DNA of 64,000 nucleotides from the human T2T-CHM13v2.0 reference genome, Homo sapiens (GCF_009914755.1 NC_060930.1); one strand, 5' to 3'. Positions 1-14,483 are shown, counted from the first letter of the stretch. The notes: a model not told the origin generated them from the sequence alone. A program made the numbers and translations.

Positions 1-134
1 CTTCAAACACCAGTCAAGAGAAAAACCACATTATGATTAGACATGCCTTCATGGGTGCTCTTTCGATCATAAAAATCCAAAATTAAAGGGTAGGTTATTA
101 ATTGAATTTCTATGTTTTGTTTTTAGCTACAAAA

Positions 135-216
135 TGACAAATGCATAGTTATGAAAATCATGTTTGAAGAAATTCTGACAAATGCATAGTTATGAAAATC
201 ACATTTGAAGAAATTA
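135..216. repeat. Tandem duplication, 2 x 41 bp
   Basis: tgacaaatgcatagttatgaaaatca(tg/ca)tttgaagaaatt at 135 and 176. Confidence 0.95.
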
Positions 217-829
217 TTTTCATTTTTTCTATTTTAGGACAAGAGTAAAGGTTACTGCTACAGGAACTGTCATCAGTAGTACTTTCTCACATCTCCCTTG
301 CTCTTTGCTTTGTCAAATGGGATTGAGTGTAGAAAAGGTACTTTGCAACAAATGGGGAGTTGGTTGTTCAGTTGCATTCTTCTTTTCCCTGGTGGCTACT
401 TACCATCTGGCAGGTACTCCTGTTGGTGTTGGCTAGGCTCATCTTCCTCAGAGTGGCTGGAAATGTACAACCTGTTACTAAGTGACTGCCAGTAAATAAG
501 GAACTTCTCTCATTTCCCATTCTGCTTTGGTTGCCAAATGAATACATTACTTTAATATCTAAAAGCCTTTACCAGCTGCTGGGTTCTATTATTTCCCATT
601 GTGATTACCTGAACTTCCCAGCTCCCATATTGTTCTGCCATTTTCACAGTGGGGTCCCCAGAGACGCTGCACAAAAATCTCAGAACTATTGCCTCTGAAG
701 CTTTATGAAGCCAAAGCAGTCCAATTTTCCATAGTCCACAAACTACAACATCCTGGCAAACTGGCCTCTCATCCAAAGGTTTTTCTTCCCAGTAAGTTTT
801 GTAACACTCCCTAATGCTCTTCTTGTTGA

Positions 830-1550
830 TTTTTAATTTGACAAATAACACTGTATGTATTTATCATGTACAACATGATGTTTCAAGGTATATATGCATC
901 CTGGAATGCTTAACTCTTGCTAATTAACAAATACATTACCTCACACAGTTACCAATTTTGCGGTGAGAACATTCAACATTCACTCTCTTTGTCTTTTTCA
1001 AGAATACAATTTATCATCATTACTTTGGTTACCCTGCTGTACAATAGATCTCTTGAATGTATTCCTCCTATCTACCTGTAATTATGTATACTTGGACTAA
1101 CCCCCCTCCTCACCACCAGCCTCTCATAACCCACTACTGTACTCTCTACTTCTATGAGATTGACTTTTTTAGATTCCACTCATGAATGAGATCAGGCAGT
1201 GTTTATCTTTCTGTGCCTGGCTTATTTCACTTAATATAATGTCATTTAGATACATCCATCTTGTCACAAATGACAGAATTTCATTTTTTAATGGCTGAAT
1301 ATGGTAATCATTGTGTATATGCCACATTTTCTTAATCCATTCATCCACTGATGGACATTTAGGTTGATTTCATATCTTGGCTTTTGTAAACAAAGCTGCA
1401 ATAAACATGGCAGTGCAGATAACTCTTTGACATACTGATTGCACATCTTTTGCATATATACCCATTAGTGGAATTGCTGGATCATATGGTAGTTCTATTT
1501 TTAGTTTTGTGAGGAACCTCGATACTGTTTTCCTTAATGGCTATACTAAT
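830..1550 (-). mobile_element. L1MA-type LINE-1 3' end fragment
   Basis: Reverse-strand L1 3' motifs (tgtgcctggcttatttcacttaa, ggaattgctggatcatatggtagttctattttt). Confidence 0.85.
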
Positions 1551-2834
1551 CTAATGCTTTTGTTTTCTTTACTTCACAATTCAGGTCTTTGGATAAGGAT
1601 ATTCTTCAATTTACACAGCCGATTAGTTACATAAGGTGTGGAAATCAGGTTTTTTAAAATTGACATATATGTTGACTCTACTAGGGACAGTTATTGTGTA
1701 AAAGAACATTGTTAGAATTCTTTGATAAGCCAATTCTTTTGCGTATCAAATGACCACACCTAATTTACATATGTGAAAAACAAAATGCTCATGTATCGCA
1801 TGTGCTTAAATACTGAGTACACCATAAAAGATGTTTACATTACAATGTCTCATTTCACAGCATAGTCACTATTAATTTCTATTGTTTGGAAGTCCTTTTG
1901 CTTATTTTCTTTTTACTTGTTTTTGAAGTAAGACATCAATAAACCACAGGCATAGATTTCTTTTTCCAGAAATATCAGTGATGAACAGCAGTGTTAATAT
2001 GAGGGGAACATGCTACAAGAGTGGTATCCATCCTGATTGGTCAGTGCTAATCAAATTTAATTAATGACTCTATCAATCATTAGATTTTTTGCTATCATCC
2101 CTTCTCATCAAAAAAGTTGCTTTCAAATAAGAAATGGAGGGCCTGAGTATCTTAAATTAATCACCTAATAAATTATTCCCCAAACTGAGACGCAAGAAAT
2201 ACTAGCCCTTTAAAATTTCCCATCAGTTTACCCATACATTTTGGGCATACTATTCCTTGTTACTAACCACCACATACATACAGGACTATTCTTACTTATA
2301 TTAATATTGAGATTATTGAATCTTATTTTACAATATAGATTTCCTTCAGAGTATTAAATAGTCTTTAAAAACAAATGGTATGATATGACATATATGTCAA
2401 TTATAAACACCCTAAGGTTATAAAATTATTTAAATTTTTTCTTGGAAGTATATTTCTGTCCTTTTCTTAAAGGGAGACAGCATTCATAATGAGAAAAAAA
2501 AAGTCTCTTTTCAACACTATCATTACATTGCCAATTACTTTTTTAAAGGATAGGGATTATCTGATCAAGCAAGTATAATAAATTTTGTCATCTATAGTCT
2601 TTTGAAAATTGCCTGCACATATCAGGGCCTTTAGGACTCTAAGACAATTTGCAACAAATTGACAGATTTAAACTAAATTGAGTATTTTCTAAATGAATAT
2701 ATTCATGGACATTTTTTCTGGGGTGTGATTAATAAAACCTTGAGAAATATAGAACAAATACTGGCTACCCTGACATCATTTGGTAATTCACCAAAAATTA
2801 TTGAGTATTAAAATCTAGCATTAAAAATATCAAC

Positions 2835-3090
2835 TTTTGATGTAAATTGAAGAGTACAAGTACAGTTTTTTTTAACATGGTATATTGCATAGAGGTGAAG
2901 TCTAGGCTTTTAGTGTAACCATCAGTGGAATAATGTACACTGTAACCACTAAATAATGTCTCATCCCTCACCCCCTCCCATCTACCCATCCTTTTGAGTC
3001 TCCAGTGTCTATTATTTCACAATCTATGTCCATAGGTGCACATTATTTGCTCTCACTTATAAGTGAGAACATGTGGTATTTGACTTTCCT
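2835..3090 (-). mobile_element. L1MA-type 3'UTR fragment
   Basis: ctcacttataagtgagaacatgtggtatttgactttc and upstream 3'UTR-like sequence. Confidence 0.8.
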
Positions 3091-3349
3091 TTTCTAAGTT
3101 GTTTCTCAAATGTTTTATATAGCGTCCAAACATTTGCAACGTTATTAAATAATAGAATTTCAACACAGAAAGTGTGCTTTTATTTTCTGTATGTTATAGA
3201 CCCCACTGCACGATATGGAAGAAACGTTGCTGGCACTTTTAGTAATTCTTATATGATAGTCCTGGCCTAGGGACTCAGGAACACATTCAGTCTGCTCCAG
3301 TCTACCTCTAGCAATGAGAATGAATGAGACACTGCAGACCTGACTCTCT

Positions 3350-3930
3350 CAGGAAAAAGTGAAGAGGCCAGTGTGGCTGGAACAGAGAGACTGAGGCAAG
3401 TCATAGGCAAAGAGGTCGGGGGAGAACTGAGGGCAGGTGAGACCTGAAGAGCCTGTGGGCCATGGGGAAGACTTTGGCTTTTACTCTGAGTGAGATGGGG
3501 GGACATTGGAGGGTTTTTAGCAGACAAGTATTCTGATGTAACTTACATTTTTAAAGGATCATACTCTCTGCAGTGATGAAAGTAAATTATAGAGGGCTGG
3601 GAAGACAAGCAGAAAGACCTTTTGGGACAAGAACCATAATCCAGGCAAGATATCACAACAGCCTGAGTATGGGCAGTAACATGAATAGGGTGAGATGGCG
3701 TGAGGGTGAGATAAAAAGACAAGTCATGGATAACTCCAAGGCCTGAGAAACTCGAAGATGAAGTTGCCATCAACTGAGATGGGAAAATTGTGGGTGGAAC
3801 ACACAATTGAGGCAGATAGATTAGGAGTTCAGTTTTGAACATATAAAGTCTGAGATGTCTCTTAGACATGGAAGTGGATATGTGAGTAGGAAGTTGGATA
3901 TAGTATATATCTGGAGCTTAGCAGAGAAGA
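3350..3930 (-). mobile_element. L2 LINE fragment
   Basis: gaggccagtgtggctggaacagag...ggcttttactctgagtgagatggg...ggagttcagttttgaacatataaagtctgagatg, typical L2 reverse strand. Confidence 0.85.
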
Positions 3931-4737
3931 GGCTAAAAATTCATTTTCATTTCTGTTCTAATTCTCTTCTCAAAACTAACCAAATAAAACTCAGAAAATT
4001 GGCACATTTCTGATACAATAACTGAGTAAGATGGAAAATTCTGCTAGAATCCATGAAGATAGATTCTGATTCTGGATTCTAACTAAAAACATACCCCAGA
4101 ACATTATTTGACTTGATTTTTATTTGATTCTCTCACCTTGACATTATGGGCAGTGAGTTAAATTTTTCTAGATGGTAATGGCTTTCTGCCCATAAAAACC
4201 ACTTCCCCATAGTCCATTATCTTTCCTGAATAGCAAAACTAGCCCAAGGGTCAGGGGTAAAGCTGAATTTGAAAGGAAATAGCTTGCCCCAAAATGTTGA
4301 AAGGACAGCCTGATAAACTCTTAATTTTAAGAGAGCTAACACTGAGAACATCTGATGTGAGAACAAAATTTTGGAAAATACAACTACAGCAAACAGAAGC
4401 ATTGTCTGGGGCTATGGGGCTTTCTACTGCCCAGAAGGATGATTGAAGAAATAATTTACTTGAAAAGTATTATGGTAGTTAGCATAGTCTGCTACGGTTC
4501 AGGAAAAGTGAAAATCTTTCCCACATATTCAGGGATTAGTTTTCGTTTTGTTTTGTTTTGTTTTTAATGGAGACAGCAGAAAGTGAAATCAAAAAACTAA
4601 TCTAAAAGAATTATATCCCAACATTTTAAAATTTGCTTTTTACTTTAAATTTTACGTGACACAGTATTAAAAGGGTAAAATTTCCTTGGAGAATGCAGTA
4701 GATAGATACTATGAAAAGTGCATTAAAAATAGAAATT

Positions 4738-5170
4738 TAATTCAACAAATGTGTATTTAGTGTTTCCATGTACAAATACAGGTTGAAACTATGAAGAGTA
4801 ATGAGAAACAGTCTCTCCCTCTGGAATTCATGTCATGAGAGGGTAGAGAAATTTACATATGCACATAAATGGCACTAATACTAGGCAGACTACCCTAACT
4901 ACGATAATAGATGGCATGTGAGCACAAAGAAGAAAGAGATTAATTATGGGAGTAGGATGACTAAGCTTCTTAGAGGAGGATGGACTTAGGTTTAAAAAAC
5001 TTACTAATGGTGAGAATCAGAAACCAGGGTGGAGATGAATTTCCAGACAGAGAGATTTTGAGCTGGATCTAGAGATAGGAATGCAAGTCATTTATGGAAC
5101 AATTAATGGCCATTACAGAAAGTGTGATAATGACTAAGAAGGAGATGAGAAAGGTTCAGGAAAAGTGAAA
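4738..5170 (-). mobile_element. L2 3' end fragment
   Basis: ttcaacaaatgtgtatttag start and degenerate L2 body. Confidence 0.55.
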
Positions 5171-5476
5171 ATTCCTAATTACAGATGGACACAGCTAGTG
5201 CACAATTTTCAGGCTGCATGCTATCTTAGGGATAGACTTGTGGCTTTTGGAATTATTCTTAGTAGCTTTATTAAGGTATAATTGGCATAAAATAAATTGC
5301 ACATATGTAAAGTGTATAATTTGTTAAGATTTGACATATGTTTGCACCTACAAGATCACCACAATTAAGGTAGTGAACATATCCTTCACCACCCCCCCAA
5401 AATTTTCTCACATGCCTTCATAATTCTTCCCTCTCTCTCCACCTCCTAATCCCCAGGCAACCAATGTTTTATATAA

Positions 5477-5825
5477 TTTCAACTTTTATTTCAGATTGAA
5501 GGGATGGATGTGCAGGTTTGTTACCTGGGTATATTGTGTGATGCTGATGTTTGGGGTATGGATGATCCTGTCATACTGAGCATAGTATCCAACACTTAGT
5601 TCTTCGACCCTGGCTCCCTGCCTTCCCTCGCTTGTCTAGTAGTCCTGGTGTTTATTGTTGCCATATTTATGTCCATGAGTATCCAATGTTTGGCTCCCAC
5701 TTATAAGTGAGAACAGGTAGTATTTGATTTTCTGTTTCTGTGTTAATTCGCCTAGGATAATGCCTCCAGCTGCGTCTATGTTGTTCCAAAGGACATGATT
5801 TTGTTCTTTTTTATGGCTGCATAAT
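5477..5825 (-). mobile_element. L1PA15-16/L1PB-type 3' end nested in L1MB
   Basis: tttcaacttttatttcagatt...gtgcaggtttgttacctgggtatattg...ctcccacttataagtgagaac. Confidence 0.8.
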
Positions 5826-6115
5826 ATAATGATCTGCTTTCTGTCACCATAAATTAGTTTACATTTCCTACAATTCTACATAAATGGAATGCTAAACTAT
5901 GTTCTCTTTGTTGTCTGAGTCTGCTCACTCAACAAAAATGTTTTGAGAGTCAGCCATGTTGTAGTGTGTTTCAATAGTGCATTGCTTTTTATTGCTAGGT
6001 ACAATTTCTTCGTGTAGATATAGTAGTTTGTTTCTATTCACCAACTGACAGACTTGCAGATTGTTCCCAGTTTGGGACTATTTCACATAAAGCTGCCAGG
6101 AACATTCATGTGCAA

Positions 6116-6241
6116 CTGTTTTTTTTTTTTTTAACTTTAGTTCTGGGATACATGTGTAGAACATGTAGGTTTGTTACATAGGTGTGCGTGTGCCATGGTG
6201 GTTTGCTGCACCTATTGACACGTCCTCCACATTCTCTTACC
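6116..6241 (-). mobile_element. Very short L1PA 3' end with poly(A) and TSD
   Basis: T-run then gttctgggatacatgtgtagaacatgtaggtttgttacatagg; TSD tcatgtgcaa at 6106-6115 and 6242-6251. Confidence 0.85.
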
Positions 6242-6942
6242 TCATGTGCAAGTCTTTGTATAGACATGCACTCTCACTTGTCTTGAGCAAATACCTAGGC
6301 ATGGAATGGTGGGATCACAGCTGTACCATTTTACATTCCCACCAGTGCTGTGAGAGAGTTCCAATTCCTCCACACCTTGCCAAATTCAGTATGTATGATC
6401 AGTCCTTTTAGAAATTTATTCTGTCTCTCCACACAGTCACATACAAATAGCCCTTCTGTACTGATGAGATAAATGTAATAGACAATGTTTTTAATAAATT
6501 AAAATATAGCAGAATATCCATTCATATTCAGAAAAATAGAGATAAATACCAGGGAAAATAGTCAAGAGTTAAGGGGATTACATTTTAGAAAGTGGGCTGA
6601 GAAATGATAAGAAAAGGGCAGGATACAGTAGTAGGTATTTATTACATTTTTAAGAATATTTAACATTTTAAGACATTCCATGGGTTACTTTAAAAGAAAA
6701 CAAAGATACTTTTAAATGAATAAACCAAAGAAGCCTGAGAGTTCTTTTCAAAAGAGCATGTAAGGGCCTCATTACCTATGTTTAATTTAGATTTATTTAA
6801 TACAACATAAAATCCTTATTAATTGTATTTTGAAAATACACCTTGGAATAATTATCACAATTAATGTATTTTGTAGCCATTAAACCAGATGAAGAATTGT
6901 TGTGGGTGACTTACTGATGATAAAGTGTTCAAGAATCTCTAA

Positions 6943-7665
6943 GTATGGAGGTTCCCCCAAAAAGCTAAAAATAGAACTACCATATGAACCAGCAATCTCA
7001 CTACTGGTTTTATATCCAAAGGAAAGAAAATGACTATGTTAAAGAAATAACTGAACTTCCATATTTATTGCAGCACTATTCACAATATCCAAAATATGGA
7101 ACCAATCTAAGTATCTGTCAACAGATGAGTGGATATTTTTTAATGTGTATACACACAATGGAATGCTATTCGGCCATTAAAAAAACAACAGAATGCTGCC
7201 ATTCTCAGCATCATTTACAGCAACATGGATGAGCCCGGAGGATTATGTTAAGTGAAATAAGCAGACACAAAAAGATAAATGCTGCATGTTCTTACTCATA
7301 TGTAAAGTTGACCTCATAGAAGAAGAGAGTAGAATAATGGTTACTAGAGGCTGGGAATGGTAAGGGGGAAAGGGGTATATGGAGAGGTGGGTTAACAAAC
7401 ACAAAGTTACAACTAGACAAAAAGAACAAGTTCTAGTGTTCTGTAGCACTGTGGGGTGACTATAGTTAACAATAATTTATTGTATAACTCCAAATAGCTA
7501 GAAGAGAGGATTCTGAACGTTCCCAACATGAAATGATAAAGTTTGAGGTTATGGATATGCCAGTTAACCTGATTTGATCATTACACATTGTATACATTTA
7601 TTAAACTATCACTCTGTACCCCATAAACACATACAATTATGTGTCCATTAAAAATAATTTTTAAA
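6943..7665 (+). mobile_element. L1MA-type 3' end
   Basis: aaaatagaactaccatatgaaccagcaatc...ggttactagaggctggg...gatttgatcattacacattgtatac. Confidence 0.85.
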
Positions 7666-7959
7666 TATAAATTTAAAAGAGTAAAAAAGAATCACTGTTT
7701 ATCCTAAGCAGAGTTCACACTTAAAATAATATATAAATATTATGAAAACAAATACTCTTTATAGTCATCAGCCACACTTCATTAAATGTTTAGTTTGGGC
7801 AAGGTACTTGAATAGATTAAGTTTAAATAACTGGCAAATGTTAGAATCATTTACAAGTAAGAACACACTACATTAATTCATGTGCATTGAATGATGTGGA
7901 GTCTAGTTATTGCCCTGATTACCAAATGAATAAAACCTTGAGAGGCAGGGTGAAATAAA

Positions 7960-8188
7960 GTACATGGCCTTTGGCTACAAAGAGCCTGGGTTTGTATCTT
8001 GACATCGCCATTTATGAGCTATGTGATATGAGTATAAGGTAACATTATAAAACTTCAGTTTCTTCATCTTTAAAAATGGCATTAAAATGATACTACTTCT
8101 TAAGATTGTTTTGAGGAGTATATGATATAAATTCTAAGTACAGTGCCAGGTACAAAAGTGCTCAATAAAGTTAAGCTATTATTATTAC
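7960..8188 (+). mobile_element. MIR SINE
   Basis: MIR core cttcagtttcttcatctttaaaaatgg and tail tgctcaataaagttaagctattattatt. Confidence 0.8.
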
Positions 8189-8479
8189 CTGGGTATTCAT
8201 TACCATTACCATAAAAAGTTCTAAGAACTAAAAATTAAGTATTATATGAAATTTTAATTTTGAAAAATACTTTGATTTTATTAATATCTCAGGACAATTA
8301 AAGCAGTCAATTATTAAAATCCAAAAAGAATTCAAATTATTTTACAATAGAGATGTAGAAACCAACTTCCATTTGCCATATTTGTTAACTAGCATATAAT
8401 GGCCACACTAAGTTTCTTTTGATAACTATTGTTATCTTTACAAATGAATTACAAGGCACATTCTCAAGTTAAAGCAGTG

Positions 8480-8582
8480 ACTTAAACCTGGGAGGCGGAG
8501 GTTAAAGTGAGCCAAGATTGCACCACTGCATTCCAGCCTCCGTGACAGAGTGAAACCGTCTCAAAAAAAAAAAAAAAAAAAA
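8480..8582 (+). mobile_element. 5'-truncated Alu (right-arm end) with TSD
   Basis: ctgggaggcggaggtt...gtctc + poly(A); TSD aagttaaagcagtg at 8466-8479 and 8583-8596. Confidence 0.92.
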
Positions 8583-8709
8583 AAGTTAAAGCAGTGGAGC
8601 TAATATTTGTTCCACAAAGATTTTTGAGTCATGGCTTAGAAATGTAAACTCCTAATACATTCTGTGAGCCAGCAGGTACACACAACACTGGTCTTTCTAC
8701 TGATTTATC

Positions 8710-9620
8710 TTTGAATTAACTAACTTTTATGTCCTCTCCATTTCACTGTTAAGCCTATCCAAGTAATTTTTATTCTGAAAGTGTATATTTCAGTTTTGGA
8801 ATTTTTATTTGGTTCTTTCTTAAAACTTTTCTCTGCTGAAAATCTCTATTTCTTCAAACATTTCAAGCATATGTTCCATTATGTCATTGAGGATGGTTAT
8901 AATAGCCACTTTAAAATCCTTGTTTGTTATTTTCAATATCAGAGTCAGTTTCCATTGATTATCATCTTTTGAGAATGGGTCACAGTTTTTTGTTTTTTTT
9001 TTTTTTTTTGGTCTTTGTCAAGAACTTTCAAATTGCAGCCTGACATGAGTATTAAATTGTAGAAGTTCTGAATTCTGTTATAGTCCTATGATGAGTGTTT
9101 TTTTTTTAGAAGTTCAATTAACTTGGCTGAATGAAAACTGTAAATTCTGTCACTTAAGAAGGAGCTCAAACCTTAGTTCAATTTTTTAATCCTTAAATGA
9201 GCTGTCTGCAGTTTACCATGCACATGTGTAATTCAGGGGTTAGCCAGAGATTTGGGTAGAGTTTATACACAGAATTTGTGCTTCCTTTCTCGCTTCTCTC
9301 CTTTCTGCAATTCTACGCTCACTTTCAAATGGCTTTGGTTGTCCTGAAACTCATCTTCTGGGCAACAGGACTGCAAGTTTTCTATAAGAGTTTCATTGAT
9401 CTCATGCATCACTGGCTGGAGTCTGCCCCCAATCTAAAATTCATAAAATACAGGAAACTCTCACTGTATCATTAGCTTTGCTCATATGCTAACTTCCCTC
9501 CAAAATCTGTCTTCGTTTCATCTCCAGTGCCTTCATGTAGTTGATCTTTGTATTTTTTCCAGAGTTTACAGTTGTTTTCTATGGGACGGTCAGTCTGGTA
9601 GGAGCTTACTTGACCATACA
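8710..9620 (-). mobile_element. Ancient L1M ORF1/5' region fragment
   Basis: T-rich degenerate sequence (ataatagccactttaaaatccttg, tcactgttaagcctatcc) resembling old L1 ORF1 reverse strand. Confidence 0.5.
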
Positions 9621-10531
9621 GACTACTGATTATACTTTAGTATAATTCTACTTGATGACCCTTCACAGGACTTCAGTAGGATTTGTGATAAAGTATGCAA
9701 GGATATCTGCACCACATTCAACTTCTCCAAGAGGAAAGAACTCTAATCCAACGGGGTCAAATTTCGGAACACTGATTGGACTGTGTTTACTAGTGAGCAG
9801 GTCATTATGTGTTCAAAAGCCATCCTGCCTATTTAAACTGAGTTAATGCCAAACTCCCCAAATAGAAAACCCAATCCACTTTGCTTTCATTCTTTTCACC
9901 TTTTCTCAGGAGCACTTAGGTACTTTCATTGTTTCATATTCAAGTACATAGTTGGACCTAGACTTGAGATTTGGGTTTAAGTGAAGAAAAAGACTCAGAT
10001 TTAAGTGATGCAACCTGTCCAGGAAACCTAAAAACACTACATAAGGGTTTGGGAAATAAGCATCTTTGATAATTTTTTAAAGTAGCTTCCTTTTATAATT
10101 TTCCTTTGAGAAATTCATAGGAAAAAGAGGTATTCAGACAGCAGAATTGGACATCCTAGGTCCCCAGCCAAAAGGCTATTAAGCCCTCAAAAACTTCTCA
10201 TTAAGGCTCTAAGTAGTGAGATTCAGATGGCATGACAAAAAGTGAGGGGTATGGGGTAAGGAATGAAGAAGAACATAGTAGAGAAAATTCTGTTGGAGAG
10301 TGGTCTCAAATGTCATATAAACTAAACAAAATTTTTTAAATCCTTAGATCTTATGTAATCAAATTATACCCAAGATCTCACAATAAATTGCAGAGAAGGT
10401 GCTAGAATCCAAATGTGCTCACTCCAGCCCAGTAAGTTTTCTACAATACCACACAACTACAAGCTTTCTGTAAGTCTAGACTCCCCATGTCAAAGAACTG
10501 TGTTGCTGGAAGGATTATAAGCCTCATTACT

Positions 10532-12862
10532 TGTATTATTCCATTCTCATACTGCTATTAAGAAATATCAAAGACTGGGTAGTTTATAGAGAAAAGAGGC
10601 TTCATTGATTCACAGTTTCTAATGGCTGGGGAGGCCTCAGGAAACTTACAATCATGGCAGAAGGCACCTCTTCAAAGGGCAGCAGGAGAGAGAATGAGTG
10701 CCAAAAGAAGGGGGAAGCCGCTTATAAAACTATCAGATCTCATGAGAACTAACTTACTATCATGAGAATAGCATGGGGGAAACTGCTCCCATGATTCAAT
10801 TATCTCCACCTGGTCCCACCCTTGACACATAGGGATTATTACAATTCAAGGTGAGATTTAGGTGGGAACACAGAGCTAAACCATATCATTCCACCCCTGG
10901 TCACTCCCAAATCTCATGTCCTCATATTTCAAAACATATTCATTCCCTCTCAACAGTCCCCCAAAGTCTTAACTCATTCCAGCATTAACCCAAAAGTCCA
11001 AGTCCAAAGTCTCGTCTAAGACAAGGCAACTTCCTTCCACTATGAGCCTGTAAAATCAAAAGCAAGTTAGTTACTTCCTAGATACAATGGGGGTACAGGT
11101 ATTGGGTAAATACACCCATTCCAAATGGGAGAAATTGGCCAAAACAAAGGGGCTACAGGCCCCAGGCAAGTCGGAAATCCAACAGGGCAGTCATTAAATC
11201 TTAGAGTTCCAAAATGATATCCTTTGACTCCATGTCTCACATCCAGGTAACACTGATGCAAGAGGTGGCTTCCCATGGTCTTGAGCAGCTCTACCTCTGT
11301 GGCTTTGCAGGGTACAGCCTCCCTCGCAGGTGCTTTCACAGGCTGATGCTGAGTGTCTGTGGCTTCTCCAGGCACATGGTGCATGCTGTTAGTGAATCTA
11401 CCATTCTGGGACCTGGAGGACAGTGGTCCTTTCCTCAAAGCTCCACTAGGCAGTGCCCCAGCAGGGACTCTGTGTGGGGACTCAAACCTCACATTTCCCT
11501 GCACTCTGCTCTATCAGATGTTTGCCATGAAGGCTCCACCCCTCTATTAAATTTCTGCCTGGACATCCATGCATTTCCATACATCCTCTGACATCTAGGT
11601 GGAGGTTCCTAAAGCTCAGTTTTTGGCTTCTGTACACCCACAGGCCCAACACGATATGTAAGCCACCAAGGCTTGGGGCTCACACCCTCTGAAGCAATGG
11701 TCTGAGCTGTATGCTGGCCCCTTTTAGCCACAGCTGGGATGCAGGGCACTAAGTCCTGAGACTGCACAAAGCAGCAAGGTGCTGGGTCCAGCCCAGGAAA
11801 CCATTTCTTCCTCCTACGCCTCTGGGCCAGTGATGGTAGGGGCTGCCATGAAGACCTCCGACATGCCCCAGAGACATTTTCCCCACTGCCTTGGCAATTA
11901 ACATTTGGCTCCTTGTTACTTATGCAAATTTCTGCAGCTGGCTTGAATTTCTCCTCACTAAATGGGTTTTTCTTTACTATCACATCATCAGGGTGCAAAT
12001 TTTCCAAACTTTTATGCTCTGCTTCCCTTTTAAACACAACTTCCAATTCCACATAGTCTCTTTGTCAATGCATAAAATTGAATGCTTTTAAGAGGACCCA
12101 AGCCACATCTGAAAAGCTTTGCTGCTTAGAAATTTCTCCCATCAGATACCCTAAATCATCTCTTTCAAGTTCAAAGTTTCATAGATCTTTAGGGCAGGGG
12201 AAAAATGCCACCAGTCTCTTTGCTAAAGCATAACAAAAGTCACCTTTTTTCCAGTTCCCAACAAGTTTCTCATCTCCATCTGAGACTACCTCATCCTGCA
12301 CTTCATGGTCCATATCACTATCAGCATTTTGGTCAAAACCATTCAACAAGTCTCTAGGAAATTCCAAACTTTCCCACATCTTCCTGTCTCTTCTGAGCCC
12401 TCTAAACTCTTCCAACCTTTGCCTGTTACCCAGTTCCAAAGACGCTTCCATATTTTTGGATATCTGAATAGCAGCATCCCACTCTCTGCTATACCAATTT
12501 ACTGTATTAGTCCATTCTCATGCTGCTATAAAGAAATACCTGAGACTGGGTAATTTATAAAGAAAAGACATTTAATTGACTCACAGTCCTGCATAATTGA
12601 TGAGGCCTCAGGAAACTTACAGTCATGGAGGTAGGCACCTCTTCACAGGGCAGCAGGAGCAAGGATGAGTACTGAGTGAAGGGGGAAGCCCCTTGTAACG
12701 CCATCGGCTCTTGTGAGCACTAACTCAGTCTCATGGGAACTTAAGCATGGGGGAATCCACCCCCATGATTCAATTACCTCCACCTGGTCCCACTCTTGAC
12801 GCATGGAGATTACTACAATTCAAGGTGAGATCTGGGTGGGAACAAAAAGGCAAACTATATCA
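10532..12862 (-). mobile_element. Two-LTR THE1 (ERVL-MaLR, THE1C/D-type): LTR 10532-10888, internal 10889-12502, LTR 12503-12862
   Basis: Both LTRs run tgtatt...atatca; THE1 internal sequence between them; 5-bp TSD ttact at 10527-10531 and 12863-12867. Confidence 0.95.
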
Positions 12863-13729
12863 TTACTAAACTTCGGTTCCCCACTGGAAAATCTCTGAAG
12901 TACTGCAGGGTAAAGAATATCATGGCATCTGTAGAAGCAGACAATGACTGGTAAGACATGATTGGACCAGAAAAAGTATTATCCCTCACTATCACTTTCC
13001 TGGACATAAAGAGGCCCCTTTATGTAATAAAATTCTCCCCAGATGCATACACTGTGGCTTGTTTGCCTTTGGTACCTCACACTATCTCAGGGACATGAAT
13101 TACATTGCACTGCATTGTATTATTGTATGCAGCAGAAAATGTGCTTTGCTCACATTTCCAGAAAATATGCTATATATGTCAAGGTGAGAAAGTGCGTGCC
13201 AATATGGTTAAAAATATCTTCTAGATGAATCAGCACTTAATTTTTTTTAATAACATGAATGCAAAACAGATTTTAAAAGAAAAGTTCACCTATCCCAGGC
13301 CAAGATACTAAACAAGTGCTCAAAAAAATGCATTTCCTTCAAAGTGCTAAGGCCACATTTGTTGCCAGAAATGTCTCCTTCTGCCCTCCTTTCTCTTATT
13401 ATTATTTTATTCTACCAATTTAAAAAAGAAAATTATCCTGTGCGACTCCCACCCTACCACCCCAACAAAGGAATTAATTCAGAATTACTTACAGCCCATA
13501 ATTTTAATAGTGAGATCTTTTTGGTGGACTTTTGTTCCATTAGAACCTTTCCCAATATAATTCTGAGATATTTCTTGCAATAAATAAGTTCCTTATACAG
13601 TTTCATAGCTTAAAAATCTTACTGAGATATAACTTATACTGTTTGATTAATATTTCAGCCTTTGTTAATATATTTCCCTATTCACCACAGCTTCATATGC
13701 TCCCATTATAACAGATGAATTATGTTTTA

Positions 13730-14150
<421 letters not shown>

Positions 14151-14432
14151 AATCACTACCTAATCATATAAATGACATCTTATAATACATGTTCTGTGCA
14201 AACTATTAGGACTTAATAAAATGAATATTGTATCTTTCTCATTATCTGAAAATAGGTCGGCTTTTATTGCCAACTTATAATACTATAAACCCATATTAAA
14301 ACTTGGCTGATTGTTACAGAGTAATAAAGTTATTTTGTAACTATCTAAGCCTGGAAATACTGAAAAGCTATTCAACCACCTGGATTTATTTAAGAGCAAA
14401 TAGTTCTATACATGTTTCACAAGTTACTACAC

Positions 14433-14483
14433 TTCCCCTTAAAAATGCTAAGTGGATTTTTCCCCTTAAAAATGCTAAGTGGA
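14433..14483. repeat. Tandem duplication, period 27 bp
   Basis: ttccccttaaaaatgctaagtgga at 14433 and 14460. Confidence 0.95.

Larger units (their letters stand above)
5262..6410 (-). mobile_element. L1MB-type 3' end interrupted by two younger L1 fragments
   Basis: agctttattaaggtataattggcata...ccccaggcaacca / gatctgctttctgtcacc / tcatgtgcaagtctttgtatagac form a collinear L1MB 3'UTR. Confidence 0.8.

Noticed and set aside
9770-9840. CCAAT, TGTTTAC and TATA-like motifs as a promoter
   Set aside because: Short motifs are expected by chance in AT-rich DNA; no CpG island or downstream exon support
11067-12553. Several 80-147 aa ORFs, with similar ones at 51482-53171
   Set aside because: All lie within THE1 internal or LTR sequence; they are decayed MaLR ORF remnants or antisense frames
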